This document shows, piece after piece, positions 18,893 to 27,518 of a stretch of DNA of 64,000 bases. Origin of the DNA: Betaproteobacteria bacterium. GTDB taxonomy: Bacteria > Pseudomonadota > Gammaproteobacteria > Burkholderiales > Burkholderiaceae_C. The notes under the pieces were generated by a model. That model ran no database searches, had not been told where the DNA came from, and saw only the letters and a program-made list of their open reading frames with translations. The stretch covers positions 5,985-69,984 of the forward strand of contig VGHB01000013.1 in assembly GCA_016868355.1 (NCBI GenBank). Direction: 5' to 3'. Positions within the stretch are counted from its first letter, which is position 1; each line of letters starts with the position of its first letter. The position numbers and the translations under genes were made by a program.

Positions 18893-20373
18893 AGCGCTCC
18901 CTGGCAGCCATCCCGGTGGATGCAAGACCCGTGGTGCGCAGCCAAGTTCAAGACATGGTGAGGTGCTGCGGATGGGAGCTTCGAATGCCGCCCAGGTCAA
19001 TCCTGGGTCACCTCCGAAACCCCGGTGATCGGGATGCTTTGCAAAGTTGGCTCCTGGACCAAGCCCCTGAAGTCGATGGTTTCGTTATATCGCTGGATAT
19101 GTTGGTCTATGGTGGCTTGGTACCCTCTCGCGTCGTAGAGGATGACAGCCAGGACCTGCTGTCTCGGCTGGAACTGCTGCGCATGCTGCGCCGGCTCGTA
19201 CCAAAGAGGCCTGTCTTCGCCTTTGCTGCCACGATGCGTATTTCCAACAGTGCGGTGGCTGAAGAGGAAAAAGACTACTGGGCTGAATATGGGCCACTGC
19301 TGTGGGCGTGGTCATACCACCAAGACCGCGCGCAACAGATTGCCGACCGGCAAGAAGCAGCGCGCAGCCACGCCGAATTCTTGCATCTGGAAACGGCTAT
19401 ACCGGCAGGCATACGCCAGGACTACCGGCACACCCGACAGCGCAACCTTCAGGTGACCCTGCAGGCGCTGCAGGCCGTACGCGAAGGAATCGTCGACCGC
19501 TTGGTCCTGCCGCAGGACGACACTGCTGAGTTCGGACTGAACGTGGCTGAGCGTCGCGTTCTTCAGGCCCAGGTCCAGACTCTTGCGCTGCAAGATCGGG
19601 TCCCGATCTACGCAGGCGCTGATGAGGTCATGCACACACTGTGCGCAAGGATGATCACTGAGTTAGAGGCTCGCCCGGCCTTGCGTATTTCGCTGTTGCC
19701 CAGCGATCCGGTGGGTCTGTCTGGCCTGAAAGCACGGTATGAAGACCGGCCCGTGTTGGACTCCATAGCGGCCCAGATTGCTGCGGTGGGCGCTGTTGCA
19801 GTGAGCCACGCGGCACAGGCCGATGTGGTGCTGGCCCTGCACACCCGAGGCAAGGAACAGGGCGATTGGGCTATGGGCATCAAGCTGCCAGAGCCTACGA
19901 TCATCTCTGAGCACTGGATCCAAACACTGCAACACCTGCACAAGCGCAATAAACCCTGGGCGTTGGCCGACTTGGCCTACGCCAACGGTGGAGACCCCGA
20001 GTGGCTGCTGCACGGTGTTCCCGTGCCGGACGCCTACGCGGGTTGGAATACCGCCAGCAACACCCTGGGCAGCGTCCTATCCCAGTGCGCATTGGGCGTC
20101 GGACATCTGCAGGAGGCGCCCTCGCGACGCGCCCTCAGCCTGCGCCTGCTTGAAGACATGCTCTACCAAGCCCAGGTGCGGCAAGCCGTGCGCGAGACGG
20201 TAGACGAGTCAGTGTGCACGCCTCTGGCTCTGCTGCAAACCGCCCGAGCGTTGATGGTGCCGGCCTCCCGGTCTTTCGCACAGGCTTACGGCTTGAGCCA
20301 TTGCGTGTCAGATCTAAGCCTGCCATGGGACCGCAGCTTTGAGGTCGATTTGCAACTGGAGGCCTTTGCATGA
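18889..20373 (+). CDS. DUF4127-family protein (function unknown)
   Basis: 494 aa. The GTG start overlaps the GH38 stop (GTGA). The N-terminus (M)KRSLAAIPVDARPVV .. DGFVISLDMLVYGGLVPSRV matches my memory of the DUF4127 N-terminal pattern (LPLDERP .. GGL..SR). The assignment is from recall only. Confidence 0.55.
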   Translation: MKRSLAAIPVDARPVVRSQVQDMVRCCGWELRMPPRSILGHLRNPGDRDALQSWLLDQAPEVDGFVISLDMLVYGGLVPSRVVEDDSQDLLSRLELLRMLRRLVPKRPVFAFAATMRISNSAVAEEEKDYWAEYGPLLWAWSYHQDRAQQIADRQEAARSHAEFLHLETAIPAGIRQDYRHTRQRNLQVTLQALQAVREGIVDRLVLPQDDTAEFGLNVAERRVLQAQVQTLALQDRVPIYAGADEVMHTLCARMITELEARPALRISLLPSDPVGLSGLKARYEDRPVLDSIAAQIAAVGAVAVSHAAQADVVLALHTRGKEQGDWAMGIKLPEPTIISEHWIQTLQHLHKRNKPWALADLAYANGGDPEWLLHGVPVPDAYAGWNTASNTLGSVLSQCALGVGHLQEAPSRRALSLRLLEDMLYQAQVRQAVRETVDESVCTPLALLQTARALMVPASRSFAQAYGLSHCVSDLSLPWDRSFEVDLQLEAFA

Positions 20374-21956
20374 GCCGACCCTGGCAGTGCGACATCGCCG
20401 TCATTGGTGCCAGCCTTGGCGGAGTGCTGGCTGCTTGGCGCGCCAGCCAAATGGGCCATAGCGTGCTGTTGGTGTGCGAGGAGCCTTGGATCGGCGGGCA
20501 AATGTCAGCCCAGGCCGTACCCCCCGACGAACATGCATGGATCGAGTCGGGCGGCGCGTCGGCCAGCTATCTTGGTTTTCGGCGCGACATCCGTGCTCAC
20601 TACCGAGCGCAAGCTGGCTTCCTGGACGACGCACGCCTGACCGAAGGTACCAATCCCGGGGACGGCTGGGTCAGCCGGCTTTGCTTTGAGCCAGTACTGG
20701 CCGCGCGCTGGATGGAGCGCCTGCTGCAACCCGCTCAGGCGCAGGGCAGCTTACGCGTCTTGCGACTGTGCCGCCCTGTGGCTGCTGCACGGCGCGGCTC
20801 GCAGATCGACAGCATCACCGTCAGGCGCGCAGCGCACAGCGGCTGCGACACCGTCTTTGCCTCTGTCTTCATCGACGCCACGGACACCGGAGAGTTGTTG
20901 TGTTTGGCTGAAGTGCCCTATCGAGTGGGTAAGGAAGGCCGGTCCGAGTTTGCCGAGCCCGATGCACCAGAGCAGGCCGACCCCTGGGATCAACAACCCA
21001 TCACCCACGTCATGGCCCTGCGCCGATGGGATCGACCCGGCCCGGTTGGAGTGCAGCCCGAGGGCTATGCACGCTGGCGTGCCCAAGGGGTCCCGGGCCA
21101 TCAACACCGCTTGTTCAGCCCGCACCTGCCTGGTCGGCCGCCTGGCCAATCCCACACCCTGCCCTTCAGTGCCGAAGAAGACAGCCCCACACTGGATTGG
21201 TGGCGCTACCGCCGCATCGTCAGTGCCCGTCAATGGCAGCCGGGTCGGGGATCAGCGCACGATGTGAGCCTGCTGAACTGGGCACAAAACGACTACGCGA
21301 TGGCCCCATTGATCGATGGGCCCATCAGCCGTCACCATATAGAGGCCGAAGCCCGACAGCTCACGACCTGCCTCCTGCACTGGCTGCAGACCGAAGCACC
21401 CCGGCCCGATGGCGGACAGGGCTACCCCCATTGGCAGCCGGCACCGGACGTCCTGGGCACTGCGGATGGCCTGGCCCTGCGGCCCTACGTTCGGGAGTCC
21501 CGCCGCATCAAGGCCTGCACCACGCTCACACAGGTCGACCTTATGAAACGCAGCGCCAAGCTAATTGATGGGGTGTCCATCGGCTGGTATCCCATGGACA
21601 TCCACCCGACCTGCCGTTCTGGCCACAGCGTGAATACAACGGTTGAGCCCTTCGTTATTCCGCTGGGCTGCATGGTTCCCACGGAGGTCGACAACGTGTT
21701 ACCTGGCTCCAAGAACTTGGGAGTGACCCACTTGGTCAATGCCTGTACCCGAGTGCATCCCATCGAATGGGCCATCGGGGAAGTGGCTGGCACCATGGCC
21801 AGCGTGCTCTTGGACCATCGGTGCGCAGCACAAGACCTCCTGCGTGACGGCAGCCCTGCGCGAACCCTGTACACGCGGCTGAATGCATACGGCGTACCAC
21901 GCGTTTGGCCCGATGAGTTGTCGAGTCGCCGCCACCAGGGGGCATCAACACCCTGA
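20370..21956 (+). CDS. FAD-dependent oxidoreductase (PF12831-like, function unknown)
   Basis: 528 aa. ATGA overlap with the DUF4127 gene. Dinucleotide-binding N-terminus CDIAVIGASLGGVLAAWRASQMGHSVLLVCEEPWIGGQ. C-terminal NVLPGSKNLGVTHLVNACTRVHPIEWAIGEVAG resembles the closing FAD motif of this family. Confidence 0.7.
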   Translation: MSRPWQCDIAVIGASLGGVLAAWRASQMGHSVLLVCEEPWIGGQMSAQAVPPDEHAWIESGGASASYLGFRRDIRAHYRAQAGFLDDARLTEGTNPGDGWVSRLCFEPVLAARWMERLLQPAQAQGSLRVLRLCRPVAAARRGSQIDSITVRRAAHSGCDTVFASVFIDATDTGELLCLAEVPYRVGKEGRSEFAEPDAPEQADPWDQQPITHVMALRRWDRPGPVGVQPEGYARWRAQGVPGHQHRLFSPHLPGRPPGQSHTLPFSAEEDSPTLDWWRYRRIVSARQWQPGRGSAHDVSLLNWAQNDYAMAPLIDGPISRHHIEAEARQLTTCLLHWLQTEAPRPDGGQGYPHWQPAPDVLGTADGLALRPYVRESRRIKACTTLTQVDLMKRSAKLIDGVSIGWYPMDIHPTCRSGHSVNTTVEPFVIPLGCMVPTEVDNVLPGSKNLGVTHLVNACTRVHPIEWAIGEVAGTMASVLLDHRCAAQDLLRDGSPARTLYTRLNAYGVPRVWPDELSSRRHQGASTP

Positions 21957-22006
21957 CACCCGGTCTGAGAAACCCGGCCCAGCCAAGCCCACCCACCAAT
22001 CCCCCC

Positions 22007-23095
22007 ATGTCGACCATCGAATTCAAATCTCTGAGCAAGCAATTCGGCGCGCAAGCGGTGCTGCAGGACATCAACCTGCGCGTCGAGGAGGGCGAATTGG
22101 TGGTGCTTGTAGGACCCTCGGGATGCGGCAAGACAAGCTTGCTGCGGGTGCTGGCTGGGCTGGAGCCCGCAAGCGCGGGTCAAGTTCTGATCAATGGACG
22201 GGATATGACCGATGCCCTGCCCAGCGATCGGGGGCTGGCCATGGTGTTCCAGTCATATGCCCTGTATCCGCACATGACGGTGCAACAGAACCTCAGCTTT
22301 GGCATGCGCATGCGCGGCACGGCCCCATCGGACCTCCAGGCCCGGCTGAATCGGGCGGTTGAAGTCCTTCAACTGAAAGATCTGTTGCACCGCCGCCCAG
22401 GCGAACTTTCTGGTGGTCAATGCCAGCGGGTGGCTATCGGGCGCGCCATCGTTCAGGAGCCAGGCGCCTTTCTTCTGGATGAACCGCTGAGCAATCTTGA
22501 TGCAGAGCTTCGACTGCACTTGCGGCTGGAGCTGATTCGTTTGCACCGCGAACTGCGAGCCACTATGGTCTGCGTCACACACGATCAGGTCGAGGCGATG
22601 ACCATGGCCGACCGGATCGTGGTGCTGCGCGATGGAAGGGTCGAACAGGTGGGTACCCCGCAGCAGATTTACCAGCAACCCCGAAACCGCTTTGTGGCTC
22701 AGTTTTTGGGCTCTCCACCCATGAATCTTTTGGCGTGTAACGAGGTGCCGCTGCCAGGTCATCAGTCTCGTAACGCAACAGCTGCAGGCGCAGTCGGCGC
22801 CCAAGCAAGTGCCGTCAGTGCCACACACTGGGGTCTACGGCCCGAGCATTGGCGCGTAGTTGACTCAAGCCTTCCAGACTCGATACCAATGCAGGTCTTG
22901 CACATCGAACGTCTGGGCGGCCAGAACTGCCTGCATGGCACAGTAGGACCAGGCCAGCAGCCGTTATGTGTACAGACCGACGCCTTGCTGCCCGCAGAGC
23001 GTGGCCAAATCCTGCATCTGCAGCCACAGATCGAGCAGATCCACCTGTTTGACGCGCAGGGGCAGCGGCTGCAGTCCGCCACTTCGAAACCGTGA
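22007..23095 (+). CDS. ugpC: Sugar ABC transporter ATP-binding protein (MalK/UgpC type)
   Basis: 362 aa. Walker A GPSGCGKTS, signature LSGGQCQRVAIGRA, Walker B FLLDEPLSNLD, plus a MalK-like C-terminal regulatory domain. Confidence 0.9.
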   Translation: MSTIEFKSLSKQFGAQAVLQDINLRVEEGELVVLVGPSGCGKTSLLRVLAGLEPASAGQVLINGRDMTDALPSDRGLAMVFQSYALYPHMTVQQNLSFGMRMRGTAPSDLQARLNRAVEVLQLKDLLHRRPGELSGGQCQRVAIGRAIVQEPGAFLLDEPLSNLDAELRLHLRLELIRLHRELRATMVCVTHDQVEAMTMADRIVVLRDGRVEQVGTPQQIYQQPRNRFVAQFLGSPPMNLLACNEVPLPGHQSRNATAAGAVGAQASAVSATHWGLRPEHWRVVDSSLPDSIPMQVLHIERLGGQNCLHGTVGPGQQPLCVQTDALLPAERGQILHLQPQIEQIHLFDAQGQRLQSATSKP

Positions 23096-23105
23096 GGCCG
23101 CAAAC

Positions 23106-24143
23106 ATGAGCACACCCTCAACACCGTCGAAGATGCGAGCCGAAGCGCTGGAATCAGCCAACGCAGTTGCCGATCAGCTTTCGCGGGATCAGGATACCTT
23201 GTCAGCGTTGGTGTCCGACCTGCTGCGCCGCCCGCCCAAGCACATCGTTACCATCGCTCGCGGCAGCAGCGACCATGCCGCGGCCTACTTTGCTTACCTG
23301 TGCATGCTGCGCCTGGGGCGTTATGTCACGTCGCTGCCGCCTTCGCTGCTGAGCTTGCATGGGGCTCCCTTGCAGCGTATCGGCACCTTGGCATTGGCCT
23401 TTTCGCAAAGCGGCCAGAGCCCCGATCTGGTGCGCGCCGCCGGCTACTTCAGCGGGCGCAGCACCCGAAGCGTAGCCCTGGTCAACGACGCCCAGTCGCC
23501 CTTGGCCCATGCGGCGCGAACGGTGTTGCCGCTGCATGCCGGCAAGGAATCCAGTGTGGCCGCTACCAAGAGCTTTGTTGCGCAACTGGTGGCCGGTGCC
23601 CGGCTCCTGGCCACTTGGCAGGGCGACGAACGCCTGCAAGCGGGTTTACAGGCGCTTCCGGCCGCCTTAGAGCACGCCTCGGGGCACGACTGGGGTGCAG
23701 CGCAGCACGCGTTGCTGAAGGCCGAGCGGTTGATGGTGGTCAGCCGAGGCACCGGTATGGCGGTGGCCTTGGAGGCCGCACTGAAATTCAAGGAAACCTG
23801 CTGCATCCAAGCCGAAACCTTCAGCAGCGCCGAGCTGCGCCACGGGCCCATGGCCCTGATCGACCAGGGCTATCCCCTGTTGATCTTGGCACCACGCGGC
23901 CCTGCTCAAGAAGAGATGCGGCAACTGGCTCAAGAAATGCAAGCCCGTGGCGCGCGGGTGCTGTTGGCTGTCACAGGGCCCGGTTCCCCTGGCAACCTGC
24001 CCTGCACCACCGCAGCGCACCCCGATTTGGACCCGGTGTGCCTGGTGCAGTCGTTTTATCTGATGGTCGAAGCCTTGGCGCGCGCTCGCGGCCGCGACCC
24101 CGATAAGCCCAGCTACTTGTCGAAGGTGACGCTGACCACCTGA
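23106..24143 (+). CDS. SIS-domain sugar-phosphate isomerase/deaminase (NagB-II / AgaS-like glucosamine-6-P deaminase)
   Basis: The ATG at 23106 lies inside the longer track ORF 22968..24143. It gives MSTPSTPSKMRAEALESANAVADQL .. HIVTIARGSSDHAAAYFAYL .. LAFSQSGQSPD, a two-SIS-domain layout of ~345 aa. Confidence 0.7.
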   Translation: MSTPSTPSKMRAEALESANAVADQLSRDQDTLSALVSDLLRRPPKHIVTIARGSSDHAAAYFAYLCMLRLGRYVTSLPPSLLSLHGAPLQRIGTLALAFSQSGQSPDLVRAAGYFSGRSTRSVALVNDAQSPLAHAARTVLPLHAGKESSVAATKSFVAQLVAGARLLATWQGDERLQAGLQALPAALEHASGHDWGAAQHALLKAERLMVVSRGTGMAVALEAALKFKETCCIQAETFSSAELRHGPMALIDQGYPLLILAPRGPAQEEMRQLAQEMQARGARVLLAVTGPGSPGNLPCTTAAHPDLDPVCLVQSFYLMVEALARARGRDPDKPSYLSKVTLTT

Positions 24144-25585
24144 TCCGGTGGGTGCGAAATACACCACAGCCCCAGGAACACCAGAGCTCCGTTGAGCAGC
24201 AGCAATTCCAAGCCGATACGCCAGGTCTCGAAGATCATCGGCTGCGTCGCATCCAACACGCCACAAGCCAGCGGGGCCAATACGGTGACCAGGGGTACCC
24301 ACGGGTCGCGCACCGGCCGCCGTGTCCACCAACCGAAGGCGAACAGGCCGAGCAAAGGCCCGTAGGTGTAGCTGGCCACCTTCAGGATGAGGCCGATCAT
24401 GCTGGGGTCGTCCAGCCAGCGAAAGCCCATCACCAAAAGCATAAACACCACCGCATAGGCCAAATGCACCTGCTTGCGAATGGACTCCTGCTGCGCCGGG
24501 GTCCAATCGCTGCGCCGTCCAAAGGCCAACATGTCGTTGCAGGTCGAAGAGGTCAGCGCGGTCAGCGCACCATCGGCGCTGGGAAAAAGTGCAGAGATCA
24601 GGGCCAGGATAAAAATCAGTTGGATCAGCGCCGGAAGGTGTCCCATCACCACGGCGGGGAAGAGTCGATCCCCGCGCTCAGTCATACCGGCCTGTTGCGC
24701 AAACAGCATCAGCAAGCCGCCCAGGAAGAGAAAGGCCAAGACCACCACCGACATGGCCAAAGCCATGCACAGCATGTTCAGCTGCGAGCCTCGCAGGGTG
24801 CGCACCGATATGTTCTTCTGCATCATCTCCTGGTCCATACCGGTCATGGCAATGGCTATAGCCGCACCAGCCAACAACTGCTTGAGCCAGTACTCCTTGG
24901 CCGCCGGCTCGGTACCCCACACCCGCGACAAGCCCTGCTCCTGCATCTGCAACAAGGCCTGCCAGCCGCTGAGGTCCAGCGCATGAAGAATGAAGACAAT
25001 GCAGGCCCCCAGGCCAAACAACATGCCTGCGGTCTGTAAGGTGTCGGTCCACACGATGGTCTTGACACCTCCGCGCCAGGTGTAGAGCAAGATCATCAGC
25101 ACCATCACCGCTGCCGTCACGCCGAAGGAAAGCCCCAGCTGCTCCAAGATCACGTCCTGCAGGATGCGCACGACCAGATACAACCGAGCGGTGGCGCCCA
25201 AGGTTCGAGACAGGATGAAAAAACCAGCGGCCATACGCAAAGCCGCCGGGCCTAAGCGGTCTTCGATCCAGCCGTAGATGGACACCAAGCCCAGCCGGTA
25301 GTAAAGAGGCAACAACACCCAGGCCACCACCGCATAACCCAGCAGATGGCCCATCATGATTTGCCAGTAGTGAAAGCCGCTGGCCCCCACCGCACCGGGC
25401 ACGCTGATGAAAGTCACACCCGACAAGGAGGTGCCGATCATGCCGAAGGCCACCAAAGGCCAGGCACTGTTGCGGTTGCCAACAAAGAAAGACTGGTTGT
25501 CAGCACCCCGAGAAGTCCGCCAGGCCACCGCAAACAGCAAGGCAAAGTAGACCAGTACGCAGGTGAATAACAACCAAGGGCTCAA
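24113..25585 (-). CDS. Sodium:solute symporter family transporter (candidate MurT-like MurNAc/amino-sugar importer)
   Basis: The track ORF extends to 25654. I prefer the TTG at 25585, which is preceded by GGAG at 6-nt spacing and sits 13 nt after the amidase stop. Polytopic protein: FFVGNRNSAWPLVAFGMIGTSLSGVTFISVPG (SSF block). Its 3' end overlaps the convergent SIS gene by 31 nt. Confidence 0.75.
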   Translation of the reverse strand: MSPWLLFTCVLVYFALLFAVAWRTSRGADNQSFFVGNRNSAWPLVAFGMIGTSLSGVTFISVPGAVGASGFHYWQIMMGHLLGYAVVAWVLLPLYYRLGLVSIYGWIEDRLGPAALRMAAGFFILSRTLGATARLYLVVRILQDVILEQLGLSFGVTAAVMVLMILLYTWRGGVKTIVWTDTLQTAGMLFGLGACIVFILHALDLSGWQALLQMQEQGLSRVWGTEPAAKEYWLKQLLAGAAIAIAMTGMDQEMMQKNISVRTLRGSQLNMLCMALAMSVVVLAFLFLGGLLMLFAQQAGMTERGDRLFPAVVMGHLPALIQLIFILALISALFPSADGALTALTSSTCNDMLAFGRRSDWTPAQQESIRKQVHLAYAVVFMLLVMGFRWLDDPSMIGLILKVASYTYGPLLGLFAFGWWTRRPVRDPWVPLVTVLAPLACGVLDATQPMIFETWRIGLELLLLNGALVFLGLWCISHPPDQVVSVTFDK

Positions 25586-25598
25586 GACAAACTCCGCT

Positions 25599-26291
25599 TC
25601 ACCGTGGCACGAGGGTCGCGCGCATGGCCGTGGCTTGGGCCCGCAGGTCTTCAAAAACCGACATCAGATGGGCGCCGGGACACACCGTCTGGTTGCTGTG
25701 GTGGCGGTGGCCCACGATGTGCTGCGGTGCCAGGCCGTAAACCGCCATCAGCTGACCCAAGAGCTGCGCCGTGGCCTGAAGTTGCGCTGCGCTGGGCTGC
25801 TGGTGCTCAAAGTTTCCCAGCAGCATCACCTGCACCTGCCCGGCGGTGTCGTAGTCGGTGTTGCTGTCGCCGGCCCACTGCAAACCCCGTCCGGCGTAGA
25901 CCTGGCCCTCAGGCGAAACGATGTAGTGGTAGGGCACGTCGACCCAGGCCCGCTCACGACGAGACCACTGCTGCAGGCGGCGAAGATAGGCTGCCACATC
26001 AGCGCCGGCCTGCCAGGTCTCGCCCTGGTGATGCACCGTCAGTCCCGTGATTACCCCATGCTCACGCGAACGGTATGCAGCCTGCGGTGGCGGCTCCGAC
26101 CCCCACTGCTCGGCACCGATGATGTTCAAGACCAAGGGGGTGGACATCGCATAGGCCCCCGGGCCCATGTCGACTTGCGCCCAGGCTCTGGGTAGAGCCG
26201 GGTCCAAGGCCAAAGCCGTCAGTCCAGCCAGCAGCGCGCTGCAAGAGCGGCAAAGCCCCACCAAGCCTGGCAGCCAGGGCCCGCGCTTCAT
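25599..26291 (-). CDS. Secreted N-acetylmuramoyl-L-alanine amidase (Amidase_2 / PGRP fold)
   Basis: 230 aa. Signal MKRGPWLPGLVGLCRSCSALLAGLTALA. Contains ITGLTVHHQG .. VPYHYIVSPEGQVYAGR .. MLLGNFE .. IVGHRHHSNQTVCPG, typical of zinc amidase_2 / PGRP domains. ATGA overlap with the upstream gene. Confidence 0.8.
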   Translation of the reverse strand: MKRGPWLPGLVGLCRSCSALLAGLTALALDPALPRAWAQVDMGPGAYAMSTPLVLNIIGAEQWGSEPPPQAAYRSREHGVITGLTVHHQGETWQAGADVAAYLRRLQQWSRRERAWVDVPYHYIVSPEGQVYAGRGLQWAGDSNTDYDTAGQVQVMLLGNFEHQQPSAAQLQATAQLLGQLMAVYGLAPQHIVGHRHHSNQTVCPGAHLMSVFEDLRAQATAMRATLVPR

Positions 26292-27265
26292 CCCGCTGAG
26301 GGTTCAGGCGCCGCCTGCGGCCGCTGTGCCACCCGAGCGCTGAGGTAGGTCCACACGAAATGGGCGGCTGCTTGACTGGTCAACTCCGCATGGTCGTAGG
26401 GCGGGCTCACCTCCACGCAGTCCATGCCCACAAAGTTCAAATCAGCCCAGCCTTCCAGCAGCGTCATCACCTGGGCCGTGCTCAGGCCCGCTGGCTCCGG
26501 CGTACCCGTACCCGGTGCGTGCGCAGGGTCCAGGCAATCGATGTCCAAGGTGAGGTACAGCGGAGGGTGCCCCGCTGCGGCCATGCGTGTGCGCACCGCC
26601 TGCATCACCTCCGCCAGTTGCCCTGTGCTCTCCAAGCCCCGCAGGGCCCGCGCCTCATAGATCAGCCCGCCCTCGATGCGCACGCGTTCGCGGGTTTCAC
26701 GTTGAGCCGAACTGCGGATACCCAGTTGTGCCACGCACTCGGGCCTCACCAGGCCCTGTTCGTAGGCCTCATGCAACCAAGTGCCGTGGCCGCTGGGTTC
26801 ACCAAAGTGGTCGGGCCAGGTGTCGCAGTGCGCATCGAAATGCACCAGCGCCACGGGCTGGCCATGATGCTGGCGGTACAGCTGCAACAGCGGCAGGGTG
26901 ACGGAGTGGTCGCCGCCCAGCCACACCATGTGCTGCCGCGCAATCAAGGCGCGCGCCTGCGGCAGCAGCGCCTGGCGCATTGCTGCCAAGGACGTATTGG
27001 GCATGGTCAGGTCGCCGTGGTCTTCCAGAAACGCCAGCGGTGACACATCGAACAGCGGGTGAATGCCGTCACACAGCATGTGACTGGCCTGCCGGATGGC
27101 CGCCGGCCCCTGTCGTGCTCCGCTGCGGTTGGTCACCGAACCGTCCCACGGCAGGCCGGCTACGCCAAAAGGCAGCGGCAAGGCCCAGCCTGCGTCAGAG
27201 GGTTGGGCCGCGGTGCGGCAGCGCAGGAAGCTGGAGTTGCTGGAATAAGGAAACATCATGGGCAC
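26288..27265 (-). CDS. speB: Agmatinase / ureohydrolase (arginase family)
   Basis: 325 aa (GTG at 27265; alternative ATG at 27259 or 27256). Mn-site blocks LGGDHSVTLP, HFDAHCDTW, LTLDIDCLDPAHAPGTGTPEPAGL. Confidence 0.8.
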   Translation of the reverse strand: MPMMFPYSSNSSFLRCRTAAQPSDAGWALPLPFGVAGLPWDGSVTNRSGARQGPAAIRQASHMLCDGIHPLFDVSPLAFLEDHGDLTMPNTSLAAMRQALLPQARALIARQHMVWLGGDHSVTLPLLQLYRQHHGQPVALVHFDAHCDTWPDHFGEPSGHGTWLHEAYEQGLVRPECVAQLGIRSSAQRETRERVRIEGGLIYEARALRGLESTGQLAEVMQAVRTRMAAAGHPPLYLTLDIDCLDPAHAPGTGTPEPAGLSTAQVMTLLEGWADLNFVGMDCVEVSPPYDHAELTSQAAAHFVWTYLSARVAQRPQAAPEPSAG

Positions 27266-27368
27266 GCCTTCAGCCTGAGGAGCTGCTTGCCAAGGACCTC
27301 GTGACTGTAGCGAGGCACCAGCCGACCTGACCTCCGTAGGACCCCTGCTTGCGGTGTTTCAGTGGGAT

Positions 27369-27398
27369 GTGCATACTTTATTCAACCAGGGTATGCAC
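27369..27398. promoter_or_regulatory. Perfect 8-bp inverted repeat GTGCATAC-N14-GTATGCAC in a divergent intergenic region
   Basis: Read directly: GTGCATAC at 27369-27376 and GTATGCAC at 27391-27398, flanking an AT-rich spacer. It sits in the 253-nt gap between the speB-like gene (minus) and the TonB-dependent receptor gene (plus). Confidence 0.3.
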
Positions 27399-27518
27399 CT
27401 TGGGCCAATGGAATAGAGCGTGGGTTTGCATCCATAACGGGTTCACGACTCTAGCGCGACACGGACTCTGGTCTATGTCTGCGGTCGTAAACCGAGCAAT
27501 GAGTCCAGGAGACCCCCC

